The position numbers and the translations under genes were made by a program. Below, in pieces: positions 48,751 through 57,802 of a DNA stretch of 64,000 nt (position 1 is the first letter of the stretch; each line of letters begins with the position of its first letter). The stretch is from positions 73,655-137,654 of the forward strand of contig CALCDZ010000002.1 in assembly GCA_937900255.1 (NCBI GenBank), read 5' to 3'. Below the pieces are notes generated by a model, which saw nothing but the letters and a program-made list of their open reading frames with translations, made no database searches and had not been told where the DNA came from. This DNA comes from an uncultured bacterium. GTDB taxonomy: Bacteria > Patescibacteriota > Patescibacteriia > SG8-24 > DYFX01.

Positions 48751-49427
48751 GCCGCCTCTACGTCGTGGCGACGCCGATCGGGAATTTGGACGACATGAGC
48801 CCGCGCGCGCTGCAGGCGCTCTCCGAGGCGCAGCTCGTGCTCTGCGAGGACACGCGCATGACCCGCAAGATCATGTCGCACTTCGAACTGAAGACGGCGC
48901 TCACGAGCTATCATGAATACACCGGACCCGGAAAGATCCGCCAGCTGGTCGCGCGCATCACGGCGGGGGAGACGATGGCGCTGGTCAGCGACGCCGGCAC
49001 GCCCGGCATCTCCGACCCTGGCGCCAAGTTCGTCTCCGAACTCGTCCGCGAAGCTGGCAGCGCCGTGAAGATCGTGCCGATCCCGGGGCCTTCGGCGGCC
49101 ATCGCGCTCCTCTCGGCCTCCGGCCTCTACGCTGACAGCTACGTCTTCCACGGCTTCCCGCCGCACAAGAAAGGGAGGATGGGGTTCTGGAAGGCGATCG
49201 CCGAGGAGGAACGCACCTCCGTCTTCTACGAGAGCCCGCACCGCGTCGAGAAGGCCGTGGCCGAACTCGTGCCCCTCTGCGCGCCGGACCGCAAGATCGT
49301 CATCGGCCGCGAGCTGACCAAGGTCTACGAATCGATCCGCTACGGCACGATGGATGAAGCCATCGGCCTGTTGGCATCCGAACCGATCAAAGGAGAATAT
49401 GTCATCGCCATCGAGGGCAAACGCTGA
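48747..49427 (+). CDS. rsmI: 16S rRNA (cytidine1402-2'-O)-methyltransferase
   Basis: LYVVATPIGNL.D, CEDTR, VSDAGTPGISDPG, YESPHR, RELTK..E. Confidence 0.96.
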   Translation: MSRLYVVATPIGNLDDMSPRALQALSEAQLVLCEDTRMTRKIMSHFELKTALTSYHEYTGPGKIRQLVARITAGETMALVSDAGTPGISDPGAKFVSELVREAGSAVKIVPIPGPSAAIALLSASGLYADSYVFHGFPPHKKGRMGFWKAIAEEERTSVFYESPHRVEKAVAELVPLCAPDRKIVIGRELTKVYESIRYGTMDEAIGLLASEPIKGEYVIAIEGKR

Positions 49428-49428
49428 T

Positions 49429-50937
49429 ATGCCCAAAAACACCTACTCCATCACCACCACCTTGCCGTACGTCAACGCCGACCCGCATATCGGTTTCGCC
49501 TTGGAAATCGTGCAAGCAGACGTCTTGGCGCGCTGGCACCGCCTCAAGGGCGAGGAGGTCGTCTTCAATACCGGCACCGACGAGCATGGGCAGAAGATCC
49601 AGGCCGCTGCCGAGAAGGCCGACATGGACCCGAAAGCGTATTGTGACGAGTACGCCGCCAAGTTCCATGGCCTGAAGGAGGCACTGGACCTGACCTACAC
49701 CAACTTCATCCGCACGACCGACGAGCATCACGTGAAAGCCGCCCAGGAATTCTGGAAGCGCTGCGATGCGGCGGGCGACATCTATAAGAAGCAGTACCAA
49801 GTGAAGTACTGCGTCGGCTGCGAGCTGGAGAAGACCGATTCGGAGCTGGTCGACGGCAAGTGCCCGATCCACCCGAAGCTCGAAGTCGAGCTGCGCGATG
49901 AGGAGAACTATTTCTTCCGCTGGTCGAAGTACCAGGCCGCGCTCCTCAAGCACTACGGGGAAAACCCGGGATTCGTGATGCCGGAGAGTCGCCTGAAAGA
50001 GATCCGCTCGTTCGTCGAGGGGGGTCTCATGGACTTCAGCATCTCGCGCCTCAAGGAGAAGATGTCCTGGGGCGTGCCGGTGCCGGGCGATGAGGCGCAC
50101 GTGATGTACGTGTGGTTCGACGCGCTCGTGAACTATATCTCCACCCTCGGCTGGCCCGCTTCCGGCGATTTCGAGAAGTTCTGGCCCGGCGTGCAGGTCG
50201 CCGGCAAGGATAACCTGCGCCAGCAATCGGCCATGTGGCAGGGAATGCTGCTCTCGGCCGGTCTGCCGCTCTCCAAGCAGATTTTCATCCACGGCTTCAT
50301 CACCGCCGACGGCCAGAAGATGTCCAAGTCGCTCGGCAACGTGGTGAATCCGTACGATCTCGTACAGGCCTACGGCACCGATCCGGTGCGCTACTACCTG
50401 CTCGGCAGCCTGCCCGCCTACGAGGATGGCGACTATTCCAGGAAGCAGTTCGAAGAGGCCTACGCCGCCAAGTTGGTGAACGGCATCGGTAACTTGGCCG
50501 CCCGTACCGCCACCATGGTCGAGAAGTATTGCGACGCCAAAGTTCCGGCGGCAGTGCCAGACCGTTTCAACACGGAAGATTTCTGGAAAGCGTACGAGGC
50601 TTCGCTTGATCGCTATCACTTCGACGAAGCCATCCGCGTCCTTGAGCGCTACGTCACGGGCGTGAATCAGGCCATTGACCTTGAGGCGCCATTCAAGAAG
50701 GCCAAGCTCGGCGAGGACGTCGCTCCATTCATGTACCAGCTGGCCGAAGCGCTCCGCCACATCGGCACGGCCCTCCTGCCGGTCATCCCGGCGGCGGCAA
50801 GCCGCATCCTGGCCCAGCTCTCCATCGATCCCGCGGACGTCCGGCTGCCGGAAGCCGAAGCCTGGGGCGGCCTCAAGACCGGTGCCGTCGTCAAGAAAGG
50901 AGAGATCCTGTTCCCGAGGCTGGAAGCCAAAAGCTAG
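49429..50937 (+). CDS. metG: methionine--tRNA ligase
   Basis: YVNADPHIG, GTDEHG, YVWFDAL, KMSKS. Confidence 0.97.
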   Translation: MPKNTYSITTTLPYVNADPHIGFALEIVQADVLARWHRLKGEEVVFNTGTDEHGQKIQAAAEKADMDPKAYCDEYAAKFHGLKEALDLTYTNFIRTTDEHHVKAAQEFWKRCDAAGDIYKKQYQVKYCVGCELEKTDSELVDGKCPIHPKLEVELRDEENYFFRWSKYQAALLKHYGENPGFVMPESRLKEIRSFVEGGLMDFSISRLKEKMSWGVPVPGDEAHVMYVWFDALVNYISTLGWPASGDFEKFWPGVQVAGKDNLRQQSAMWQGMLLSAGLPLSKQIFIHGFITADGQKMSKSLGNVVNPYDLVQAYGTDPVRYYLLGSLPAYEDGDYSRKQFEEAYAAKLVNGIGNLAARTATMVEKYCDAKVPAAVPDRFNTEDFWKAYEASLDRYHFDEAIRVLERYVTGVNQAIDLEAPFKKAKLGEDVAPFMYQLAEALRHIGTALLPVIPAAASRILAQLSIDPADVRLPEAEAWGGLKTGAVVKKGEILFPRLEAKS

Positions 50938-50997
50938 AAGGCGGAAGCCGAAAGCCCCTGCTTTTGGCTTTTTGTTTTTTCCTTTATACTTGACGAT

Positions 50998-51174
50998 ATG
51001 GACACCCCTGATTCCATTGAAGAGAAGGCCAGGCGGCTGCAGGCGGCCTACGACGAATTCATGGGCCAGCTGCGCGGCTTGGAGCACGAGAAGCTCGAGG
51101 TCATGAGGCGCGTGATCGGCGACCTGGAGAAGGAAGAGATCGAGCGGATCCTGAACGACCTTAAACAGCCTTGA
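50998..51174 (+). CDS. small helical hypothetical protein (58 aa; not in ORF track)
   Basis: MDTPDSIEEKARRLQAAYDEFMGQLRGLEHEKLEVMRRVIGDLEKEEIERILNDLKQP*; TATACT 7 nt before ATG; coupled to next gene. Confidence 0.75.
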   Translation: MDTPDSIEEKARRLQAAYDEFMGQLRGLEHEKLEVMRRVIGDLEKEEIERILNDLKQP

Positions 51175-51175
51175 T

Positions 51176-53020
51176 ATGGCCGAACCCGCACGCAAGGAAC
51201 AGCCGCAGGCGCCGGAAACGGCTCCGGAAGCCTCTGCCGGAAAAACGCCAGAAGTCCTGATGCAAAAGAAACGGGAGTCGGATGCGGCGGTGGACACGGC
51301 CGTCGCCGACTTCACGCACTCGACGCAATCCTGGTGGCAGCGGGCCAAGACCTTTTTCGCTCGTGCCAATGATCTGGTACGGGGCGGCGAGGCCGTCAGC
51401 GATCTTGAGGGGAAGGCGGATGCCTTGAAGAAGGAATACGAGGAGAAGTCTGAAGCGATCGTCGCGCCGAAAACCCATGAACCGGAAATCAAGAAGGCCG
51501 AAACGGTTACCGAAGCCCCGAAAGCGCCCGCCGAAGCGTCCTTGAAGCCGGATGACGCGCTTGACGAGGCCTTCGATGAAGGCAAAGCCGATTTGGATAA
51601 GGAGATCGCCGCGGCGGGCGGCATGGAAAAGTGGAAGCTTCAGCAGCTGAACACCCAAATCCCGATCGCTCGTCAACGACTCGCGCAGGAGACGGCGGCG
51701 TTCAAGGCTGCCGCCAAACCTGCCAGGAGTTTTTTCGCATCGAAAGAGAAGCAGGAAAAGAAGAGCGAGGCGTTCGCGCGTATGCTGAAGACAGGCTTGG
51801 ATGTGCATGATGCGTCGAAGAGTCTTGAGGAACTCCGCGCTAAGATGGCAAAGGATCGTGCAGAGCGCATCGCGGCGATGGGGGAGCGCGTGGACGCGGC
51901 CATGGCAGAGGAAGAGGAGAGGGAAAAAATCGATGATGAGATCCACGAGGCGATAGTGGCCGAGCAAGAGAAGAACGCGATGAAGGCTACCGAGGATCTT
52001 GACGTCGCGACCAAGGCGAATCAGGAACGGATCGCCGCCAAGGACAAGGAATGGGCCGAGGCCAGGGCGAAGTTCGATCGCATCAAGGGGATGACGGAGC
52101 GGGTGGATGCCTATATGCAGGCGCAGGATGATTTGGCTGCGGACGCCGGCGAGGCGGAGCGGCAGGCATCGGCGGAAGGCGAGAGTGCAGGCGCTCTCGT
52201 GAAAAGCGGTGGCCGTGAGGCTCCCAGCACCCCTGAAGCGCAAAAAAGCTTGAAGTCGGGTGAGCAAGAGGTCAGTCGGGAAACGGTGCCTCCGGAAGCC
52301 GTCGAAATCATTGACGCGGACATGGATGAAAGTGACGATGGAGAACCTGAAACCGAGGGTCGTGAGCAGGGCGAGCCGGACGCGATCGAGATGGTCGATG
52401 TCGGTGGAGGCCGCTATGCGCCCGATTTCCAAGCTCGTCCAAAGGAGGGTATGCCTTTGGACGAGCTGAGGCAGCATCTGGCCTGGAGGAAAGAGCGGCT
52501 TGAGGCTGAACAAAAGCGGTATGACGCACGAAAGCCCGGGGATCGTGCCAGGAACGACGATCCCGCGAGACCGCCGCGTTTTAACGCGGTCCAACTGCGG
52601 AAGGAACGGGAGATGATCGCGCGGATGGAAGAGGATCTGGCACGACGTGAACGTGAGGAACATGAAGATATGGCGGTGCAAGAAGTTCCGGAACCGGAGC
52701 CCAAGCCCGCAAAACCTCCCGTGCCCGAAGCGGAGAAGGCGAAAAAAGCCAAGGAGGACGAACGCCTGGTGAAGATAGAAGAAAAAGTCCTCAAGGCCGC
52801 CGCCGCGTTGGCAGGAAAGTCCAAAGGTAAAAGCGAATCGGCCCTGCGGGCGGCCATCGATGAGTTCAATAGGATGGATGAGTCCGCCTTCCTTGCCGCG
52901 ATGCAGGAAAGGAAGTACTTGAATCCCAGCGACGTCAAGGCTCTCAGGGGAGACATCGCCTTGCAGAGGCACCTCAGGGACTCCTTCGTGGAGACGATGC
53001 GCAATCCGTCCGCCTCATGA
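51176..53020 (+). CDS. large charged coiled-coil hypothetical protein
   Basis: 614 aa, E/K/A-rich, no TM or signal peptide. Confidence 0.8.
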   Translation: MAEPARKEQPQAPETAPEASAGKTPEVLMQKKRESDAAVDTAVADFTHSTQSWWQRAKTFFARANDLVRGGEAVSDLEGKADALKKEYEEKSEAIVAPKTHEPEIKKAETVTEAPKAPAEASLKPDDALDEAFDEGKADLDKEIAAAGGMEKWKLQQLNTQIPIARQRLAQETAAFKAAAKPARSFFASKEKQEKKSEAFARMLKTGLDVHDASKSLEELRAKMAKDRAERIAAMGERVDAAMAEEEEREKIDDEIHEAIVAEQEKNAMKATEDLDVATKANQERIAAKDKEWAEARAKFDRIKGMTERVDAYMQAQDDLAADAGEAERQASAEGESAGALVKSGGREAPSTPEAQKSLKSGEQEVSRETVPPEAVEIIDADMDESDDGEPETEGREQGEPDAIEMVDVGGGRYAPDFQARPKEGMPLDELRQHLAWRKERLEAEQKRYDARKPGDRARNDDPARPPRFNAVQLRKEREMIARMEEDLARREREEHEDMAVQEVPEPEPKPAKPPVPEAEKAKKAKEDERLVKIEEKVLKAAAALAGKSKGKSESALRAAIDEFNRMDESAFLAAMQERKYLNPSDVKALRGDIALQRHLRDSFVETMRNPSAS

Positions 53021-53511
53021 CCTTCCTCGACCTCATCCTCAGCCTGGCCGTCTTCGCCTTCGTGCTGGCGGGGCTGTGGTTCGGGCTGATCAGCGCCTTG
53101 GGAGCGCTCGTCGGCACCATCGCTTCGGTCCTGGTGGCCGGGCATTATGCCGCCGCCGGGGCGTTCGGCGCTTCGAACACGGCGCGCGTGCTGACTTTCC
53201 TCGTCATCATGGTCTTGGTCAACCGGCTGATCGGCCTGGTGTTCTGGATTATCGACAAGATCTTCAGGATCGTCGCCGTCATCCCGCTGCTCAAGACCTT
53301 CAATGCGTTGCTCGGAGGATTGCTCGGCCTGGTCGAAGGCATCCTGGTGGTCGGCGGCGGGCTCTACGTGGCCGCCCGGTATCCGGTCGTCTCGGGTTTC
53401 GCCGGGCTTTTGACCGCCTCGCAGGTCGGCCTCTGGCTCCTGCACGCCTTCGGCTTCTTCGCTCCGCTCCTGCCGCAGGCCATCCGCCAGATCCAATCGG
53501 TGATTTCCTGA
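53017..53511 (+). CDS. cvpA: CvpA (colicin V production) family membrane protein
   Basis: LDLI...G...GLI; FNALLGGLLGLVEG. Confidence 0.85.
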   Translation: MTFLDLILSLAVFAFVLAGLWFGLISALGALVGTIASVLVAGHYAAAGAFGASNTARVLTFLVIMVLVNRLIGLVFWIIDKIFRIVAVIPLLKTFNALLGGLLGLVEGILVVGGGLYVAARYPVVSGFAGLLTASQVGLWLLHAFGFFAPLLPQAIRQIQSVIS

Positions 53512-53516
53512 TGACT

Positions 53517-54041
53517 ATGCCATTCGAACGGCCGTCCATTCAGGATTCAGCAGAAGCTTCGTCGAAGCTGCGCGAGCGTTTGTTTTCCGGAGACCTTTCC
53601 CCGGATGATTTTCTTGAGGCGCTGATGGAGATCGATCAATCGACGCCAAGTCACGATGCGGCTCATGCGACCGCCGTAGTCCTGGAATCGCCCGAGGTCC
53701 GCGCGCGGTGCGTGACGGGAAAAGAGGATATCTTCGGTTATGCCAACCTGTTGTCCCTTTCGCGTTTCCACGCGGGGCAGTCGGAAGCGATGGCGGGCGG
53801 CGACGCTTTGCCGGAGTTCGAAAAGAGCCTTGCGGCCGCGCTTGAGGTCGAAGATCCCGGCTATAGCGAGTGGCAGGACTACGTCCGCGCCACCGTGGCG
53901 TACTTCCGGAAGGATCAATTGACTCTTGAGCGCTCCCTGGACGTCATGCCAGACGGTGCCAACAGGCGCATCATCGCCAATTTGCTGCAGGGCTTGAAAG
54001 CCCGCGGCGACATCGATTACCGCGCCGATTATCGAACGTAA
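53517..54041 (+). CDS. hypothetical helical protein (alternative start 53511)
   Basis: ORF fills the operon gap between cvpA and tatD. Confidence 0.75.
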   Translation: MPFERPSIQDSAEASSKLRERLFSGDLSPDDFLEALMEIDQSTPSHDAAHATAVVLESPEVRARCVTGKEDIFGYANLLSLSRFHAGQSEAMAGGDALPEFEKSLAAALEVEDPGYSEWQDYVRATVAYFRKDQLTLERSLDVMPDGANRRIIANLLQGLKARGDIDYRADYRT

Positions 54042-54045
54042 CGAT

Positions 54046-54927
54046 ATGCTGATCGACACGCATTGCCACGTGCACTTCAACGCCTATAAGGATGACATGG
54101 ATGAGGTCGTCCGGTCTTGCCTTTCCCAAGGCGTGCAGATGGTGGCGATCGGCACCCAGAAGGACACGAGCGCGAACGCCATCAAGCTGGCGGAACGGTA
54201 CGACGGCGTCTGGGCGACGGTCGGGCTGCATCCTTCGCACATCTTCGAGGGCTATCACGACGAAGGCGAGGTGCAGTTCAAGTCGCGCAACGAGCGGTTC
54301 GACCCGGCCTACTACGGAGATCTCTTGGGGCACCCGAAAGTCGTGGCGGTGGGGGAGATGGGGCTCGATTATCATTACGAGTACGAAGGCGTGACGCCGG
54401 ATGAGATGAAGGCACGGGAATCCGGAGCGTTCGAGGCCGGCGCGCGCTTGGCGATCGCGCACGACCTTCCGGTCGTCATCCATTGCCGCGATGCTCATGA
54501 CGATCAGATCGCCCTGATCGAAAGAATCTGGGGACCGGTCCGCGCCGACGAGCCGCCACGCGGCGTCATCCACTGCTTCACCGGAAGCCGCGCCGACGCC
54601 GAACGGTACCTCGCCCTCGGTTTTTACCTGGCCTTCGGCGGCACCATCACGTACCCGCCCAGGAAGTCGGACGTCAAAGCCGGCAAAGAGCTCCTGACCG
54701 ATGTGGTGAAGTGGGCGCCGCTCGACCGCATCGTCATCGAGACCGACGCGCCGTATTTGACGCCGGTACCCCATCGCGGCGAGCGCAACACGCCGCTCTT
54801 CGTAACGCATGTGGCCGAGAAGGTCGCGGAGCTCAAGCAGGTGCCGTTCAACGAGGTGGCGGAAGCCACGAGCGCCAACGCCCGCAGGCTGTTCCGGAAG
54901 ATGCGGGGTTCCGGCTCCCGAGATTGA
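54046..54927 (+). CDS. tatD: TatD family hydrolase
   Basis: IDTHCH, GLHP, VGEMGLDY, IHCRDA, HCF, ETDAPYL. Confidence 0.95.
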   Translation: MLIDTHCHVHFNAYKDDMDEVVRSCLSQGVQMVAIGTQKDTSANAIKLAERYDGVWATVGLHPSHIFEGYHDEGEVQFKSRNERFDPAYYGDLLGHPKVVAVGEMGLDYHYEYEGVTPDEMKARESGAFEAGARLAIAHDLPVVIHCRDAHDDQIALIERIWGPVRADEPPRGVIHCFTGSRADAERYLALGFYLAFGGTITYPPRKSDVKAGKELLTDVVKWAPLDRIVIETDAPYLTPVPHRGERNTPLFVTHVAEKVAELKQVPFNEVAEATSANARRLFRKMRGSGSRD

Positions 54928-54966
54928 CGCGAAGGCCTTTTGTCCGCATACTGCGGGCACAGGAGG
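54924..54966 (+). promoter_or_regulatory. sigma70 promoter and strong SD of the terpene synthase gene
   Basis: TTGACG-17-CATACT; AGGAGG 5 nt before ATG. Confidence 0.7.
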
Positions 54967-54971
54967 TTTTG

Positions 54972-56126
54972 ATGCACTTTGATAAAGAAGTTCTTCTCTT
55001 GGACAAGAAGAGCGGCGTGCTTTTGATGGACCCCGTGGATGCCGGCCTGCTGGACGAGTTGGTCGCTGCATGGGTGAACCGGCATCGTCTTGTTCCGCCG
55101 CGGATCGTCGAAAAGATCGTGGATGCCTCGCCGGGGAGGTTTTCCGGTCTCGTCCTGGGCGACGTAAGGTGCCATGAGCTGAGGCTCTTGCTCGCATGTT
55201 ACACGGCCTGGCTGATGGTCGTTGATGATCGCCTGGAATCGGAGTCTTCCGAAAGCATCTTCCGGGTTTTCGATCGGACGACGCGCGATCCGTTCGCCAA
55301 TCAGGCGTTGCAGGCCTTGGGGGATCTGACGCGGCGCGGCAGATCGTTGGTCAAGCATCCGGAGCGATGGGCCGGTCGATTCGCCCGGAACGTCGACAAT
55401 TACCTGTTGGGCTGCATGGTCGAGGCCAATCACCGTCTTCAGATGGCGACCCCGGCCTTCGATCAGTACCAGGACCTGCGGCTCTCCACGAGCGGTGCGA
55501 TGCCGTTCTTGGACATCCTTGACTTGGCACACCAGGAAGATCTTCCGGGCGGATTCCATGAACGAAGGCTGGTGGAAGATTTCCGGCGTCTGGCCGGATT
55601 TGTCTTCGCTTGGGCCAATGACATCATCGGTTTCCGTTCCTGCCGGACGGAGGCGGATAAAGAGGATCGCCTGAACCTCGTGGCCGTCGTGGCGAAGGAG
55701 CTCGGTCTCGAACCCGGAGACGCTCGAAAGACGGCGTTCCGCCGAGTGTACCAGCCTGAAGTCGCCAGACTTTCGGACTTCATGGATCGCCTGGAGGTGC
55801 TGCTGGGCGGATCCGATCCGGCATCGAAGGGCGTCCTCAGTCGATACTTCCAGATCATCGCCCGTGCTTTGGACGGGGTCGTCGCATGGCATGTCAGGAG
55901 CGATCGTTATCAGGCGGAATCAGCGGTTCCTGTCGTGCTGGATGACAGGGGTTCCGCGACCCCGACTCCCTCCAGGGCCGACGGACTCGCCCTGGTCATT
56001 CCCTCGTCACGCGATCGCGATGACGGGGTGCCTGTTCCCACCGAAGACGTCACGCCCACGGGTGTCCGTCATCAGATCGGGAAACTTGCGGACCGTTCTC
56101 GCGGACATCGATCCCCACGCCGTTGA
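54972..56126 (+). CDS. class I terpene synthase/cyclase family protein (divergent metal-binding motifs)
   Basis: WLMVVDDRLE (DDxxD/E), Y..LRLSTSG sensor Arg, WANDIIGF (NSE-like), NLVAV, WHVRSDRY (WxxxxxRY). Confidence 0.88.
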   Translation: MHFDKEVLLLDKKSGVLLMDPVDAGLLDELVAAWVNRHRLVPPRIVEKIVDASPGRFSGLVLGDVRCHELRLLLACYTAWLMVVDDRLESESSESIFRVFDRTTRDPFANQALQALGDLTRRGRSLVKHPERWAGRFARNVDNYLLGCMVEANHRLQMATPAFDQYQDLRLSTSGAMPFLDILDLAHQEDLPGGFHERRLVEDFRRLAGFVFAWANDIIGFRSCRTEADKEDRLNLVAVVAKELGLEPGDARKTAFRRVYQPEVARLSDFMDRLEVLLGGSDPASKGVLSRYFQIIARALDGVVAWHVRSDRYQAESAVPVVLDDRGSATPTPSRADGLALVIPSSRDRDDGVPVPTEDVTPTGVRHQIGKLADRSRGHRSPRR

Positions 56127-56146
56127 AGGCGATCTTCGAGCAAATG

Positions 56147-56192
56147 ACCGATCGGACCGCGACTCAGCGGACGGTCGGTTTTTTCTTTTTTT
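56147..56192 (+). terminator. intrinsic terminator after the terpene synthase gene
   Basis: accgatcg..ccgc...gcgg..cggtcggt followed by long T tract. Confidence 0.7.
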
Positions 56193-56224
56193 GACCGAAA
56201 TCAGCGCAAAAAAGTTACCAACCG

Positions 56225-56253
56225 TTGACGTCGCCTGTTCGAGCAAGTAGACT
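56225..56253 (+). promoter_or_regulatory. sigma70 promoter of the atp operon
   Basis: TTGACG-17-TAGACT. Confidence 0.7.
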
Positions 56254-56273
56254 GCGTTCGTCTTTGCCTTTCT

Positions 56274-56525
56274 ATGGGGAAAAACGACGATACCCGCGCT
56301 TCCTACCTGCTCGGCTTGCGCATCATGGCCGATTTCGGCGCGACCATCGCCATCCCGGCGGTCTTCGCCAGCTGGCTGGGCAGCAAGCTCGATGCCGCCT
56401 GGGGCACCCGGCCGTACGTCCTGACCGGCGCGCTCGTCGTCGCCTTCGCCCTGACCGCGATCATCGTCCGCCGCAAGGCTTTCGCCTACGGCAAGGAGTA
56501 CCGCAACCTGATCAAGAAGCCATGA
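56274..56525 (+). CDS. atpI: AtpZ/AtpI family protein
   Basis: 2 TM, G..LD..WGT.P motif, first gene of the atp operon. Confidence 0.8.
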   Translation: MGKNDDTRASYLLGLRIMADFGATIAIPAVFASWLGSKLDAAWGTRPYVLTGALVVAFALTAIIVRRKAFAYGKEYRNLIKKP

Positions 56526-57385
56526 CCATCCCCCCGATCGCCGCCGAACCCATCGCGCACCTCGGATCGTTCACGGTCACGAACTCCCTTTTGACCGCCT
56601 GGGTGGCCGTCGGGCTTTTCATCGCGCTGGCTTTCCTGGTCAACCGCAAGCTGACGTCCGGCGCGCCCGGGCGTTTCCAGTCGGCCGTCGAAGCGCTGCT
56701 CGAATTCATGCTCGGCTATGTCGATCAAGTCACGGGAGATCGCGCCAAGTCGCGCAAGTTCCTGCCGCTGGTCGGCACCCTTTTCCTGTTCATCCTGGCC
56801 TGCAACTGGATGGGTTCGATTCCGGGCGTCGGCTCCGTCACCCGCACCGTCCTCTTGGAAGGGAAGCTCGAGAACGCGCCGATCTTCCGGCCGGCCAACG
56901 CCGACCTGAACATGACCTTGGCGATGGCGCTCCTCACGGTCGTCACCTCGCACCTGGTCGGCATCATCTCGATCGGCTTCTTCGCCCATTGGAACAAGTT
57001 CATCGCCCTCGGCACGTTCTTCAAGTCGCTCCGCAAGAAGCCGATGGATATCGTGGTCGCCTTGGTCGAGATGCTGGTGGGCGTGATCGAATTGTCGGCC
57101 GAGGTCGCCAAGATCGCTTCGCTCTCGCTGCGTCTGTTCGGCAACATCTTCGCCGGCGAAGTGCTCATCACCGTCATGTATTCGCTCGTGGCCTACGTCG
57201 TGCCGCTGCCGTTCACCGTGCTGGAACTGATCGTCGGCATGGTCCAGGCCACTGTCTTCTCGATGCTGGCCTTGGTGTACCTGACGATACTCTCCGAGAA
57301 GCCGCACGGCCACGAGGAGGAACATCATGAGGACGAGATGGGCGAAGCGCACGGGCTCGCGCCGCACGCCTCCGAAGCTTCCTAA
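56522..57385 (+). CDS. atpB: ATP synthase Fo subunit a
   Basis: NWMG.IPG, RP.NADLN.T, SLSLRLFGNIFAGE, QA.VF. Confidence 0.96.
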   Translation: MTIPPIAAEPIAHLGSFTVTNSLLTAWVAVGLFIALAFLVNRKLTSGAPGRFQSAVEALLEFMLGYVDQVTGDRAKSRKFLPLVGTLFLFILACNWMGSIPGVGSVTRTVLLEGKLENAPIFRPANADLNMTLAMALLTVVTSHLVGIISIGFFAHWNKFIALGTFFKSLRKKPMDIVVALVEMLVGVIELSAEVAKIASLSLRLFGNIFAGEVLITVMYSLVAYVVPLPFTVLELIVGMVQATVFSMLALVYLTILSEKPHGHEEEHHEDEMGEAHGLAPHASEAS

Positions 57386-57499
57386 GAGGAGGCCTTCAGT
57401 CCCCGACGACGTCGGAGCCTGAACTCTCACTCTTAGCCGGTTCCGATCAGCGACGATAAACTCCTCACCCCCCCGTCGCCCTGTAGGACCGCAAAACGC

Positions 57500-57718
57500 A
57501 TGGATGCGGAAACAATGCGCGTGCTCGTGAAAGGCTTGACCATGGCGGTCGGAGGCGTCGCCCCGGCGCTCGCCATCGGCAAGCTGGTCGGCAAGGCCAT
57601 GGAAGCCATCGGACGGAACCCGGAAGCCGCCGGCAAGGTCTTCGTCCCGATGCTGCTCGGCGCCGCCTTCGCGGAAGCCATCGCCATCTACTCGCTCGTC
57701 GTCGTCTTCACCCTGTAA
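57500..57718 (+). CDS. atpE: ATP synthase Fo subunit c
   Basis: GRNPEA, FAEAIAIY (conserved Glu). Confidence 0.96.
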   Translation: MDAETMRVLVKGLTMAVGGVAPALAIGKLVGKAMEAIGRNPEAAGKVFVPMLLGAAFAEAIAIYSLVVVFTL

Positions 57719-57723
57719 GAAAG

Positions 57724-57792
57724 TCCTCCCCTGAAAGGGGAGGTAGGAGGAGTCTTCCGAAGACTCACCCTACCCTCTCTTTCAGAGAGGGA
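57724..57792. repeat. REP/BoxC-like long palindromic element
   Basis: cctcccctgaaaggggaggtaggaggagtcttc / gaagactcaccctaccctctctttcagagaggg; each arm also forms its own hairpin. Confidence 0.65.
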
Positions 57793-57802
57793 ATCATTCC
57801 CT

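Noticed and set aside
54972-56126. Terpene biosynthetic gene cluster
   Set aside because: Neighbours are tatD and the atp operon; no prenyltransferase, P450 or methyltransferase is adjacent.
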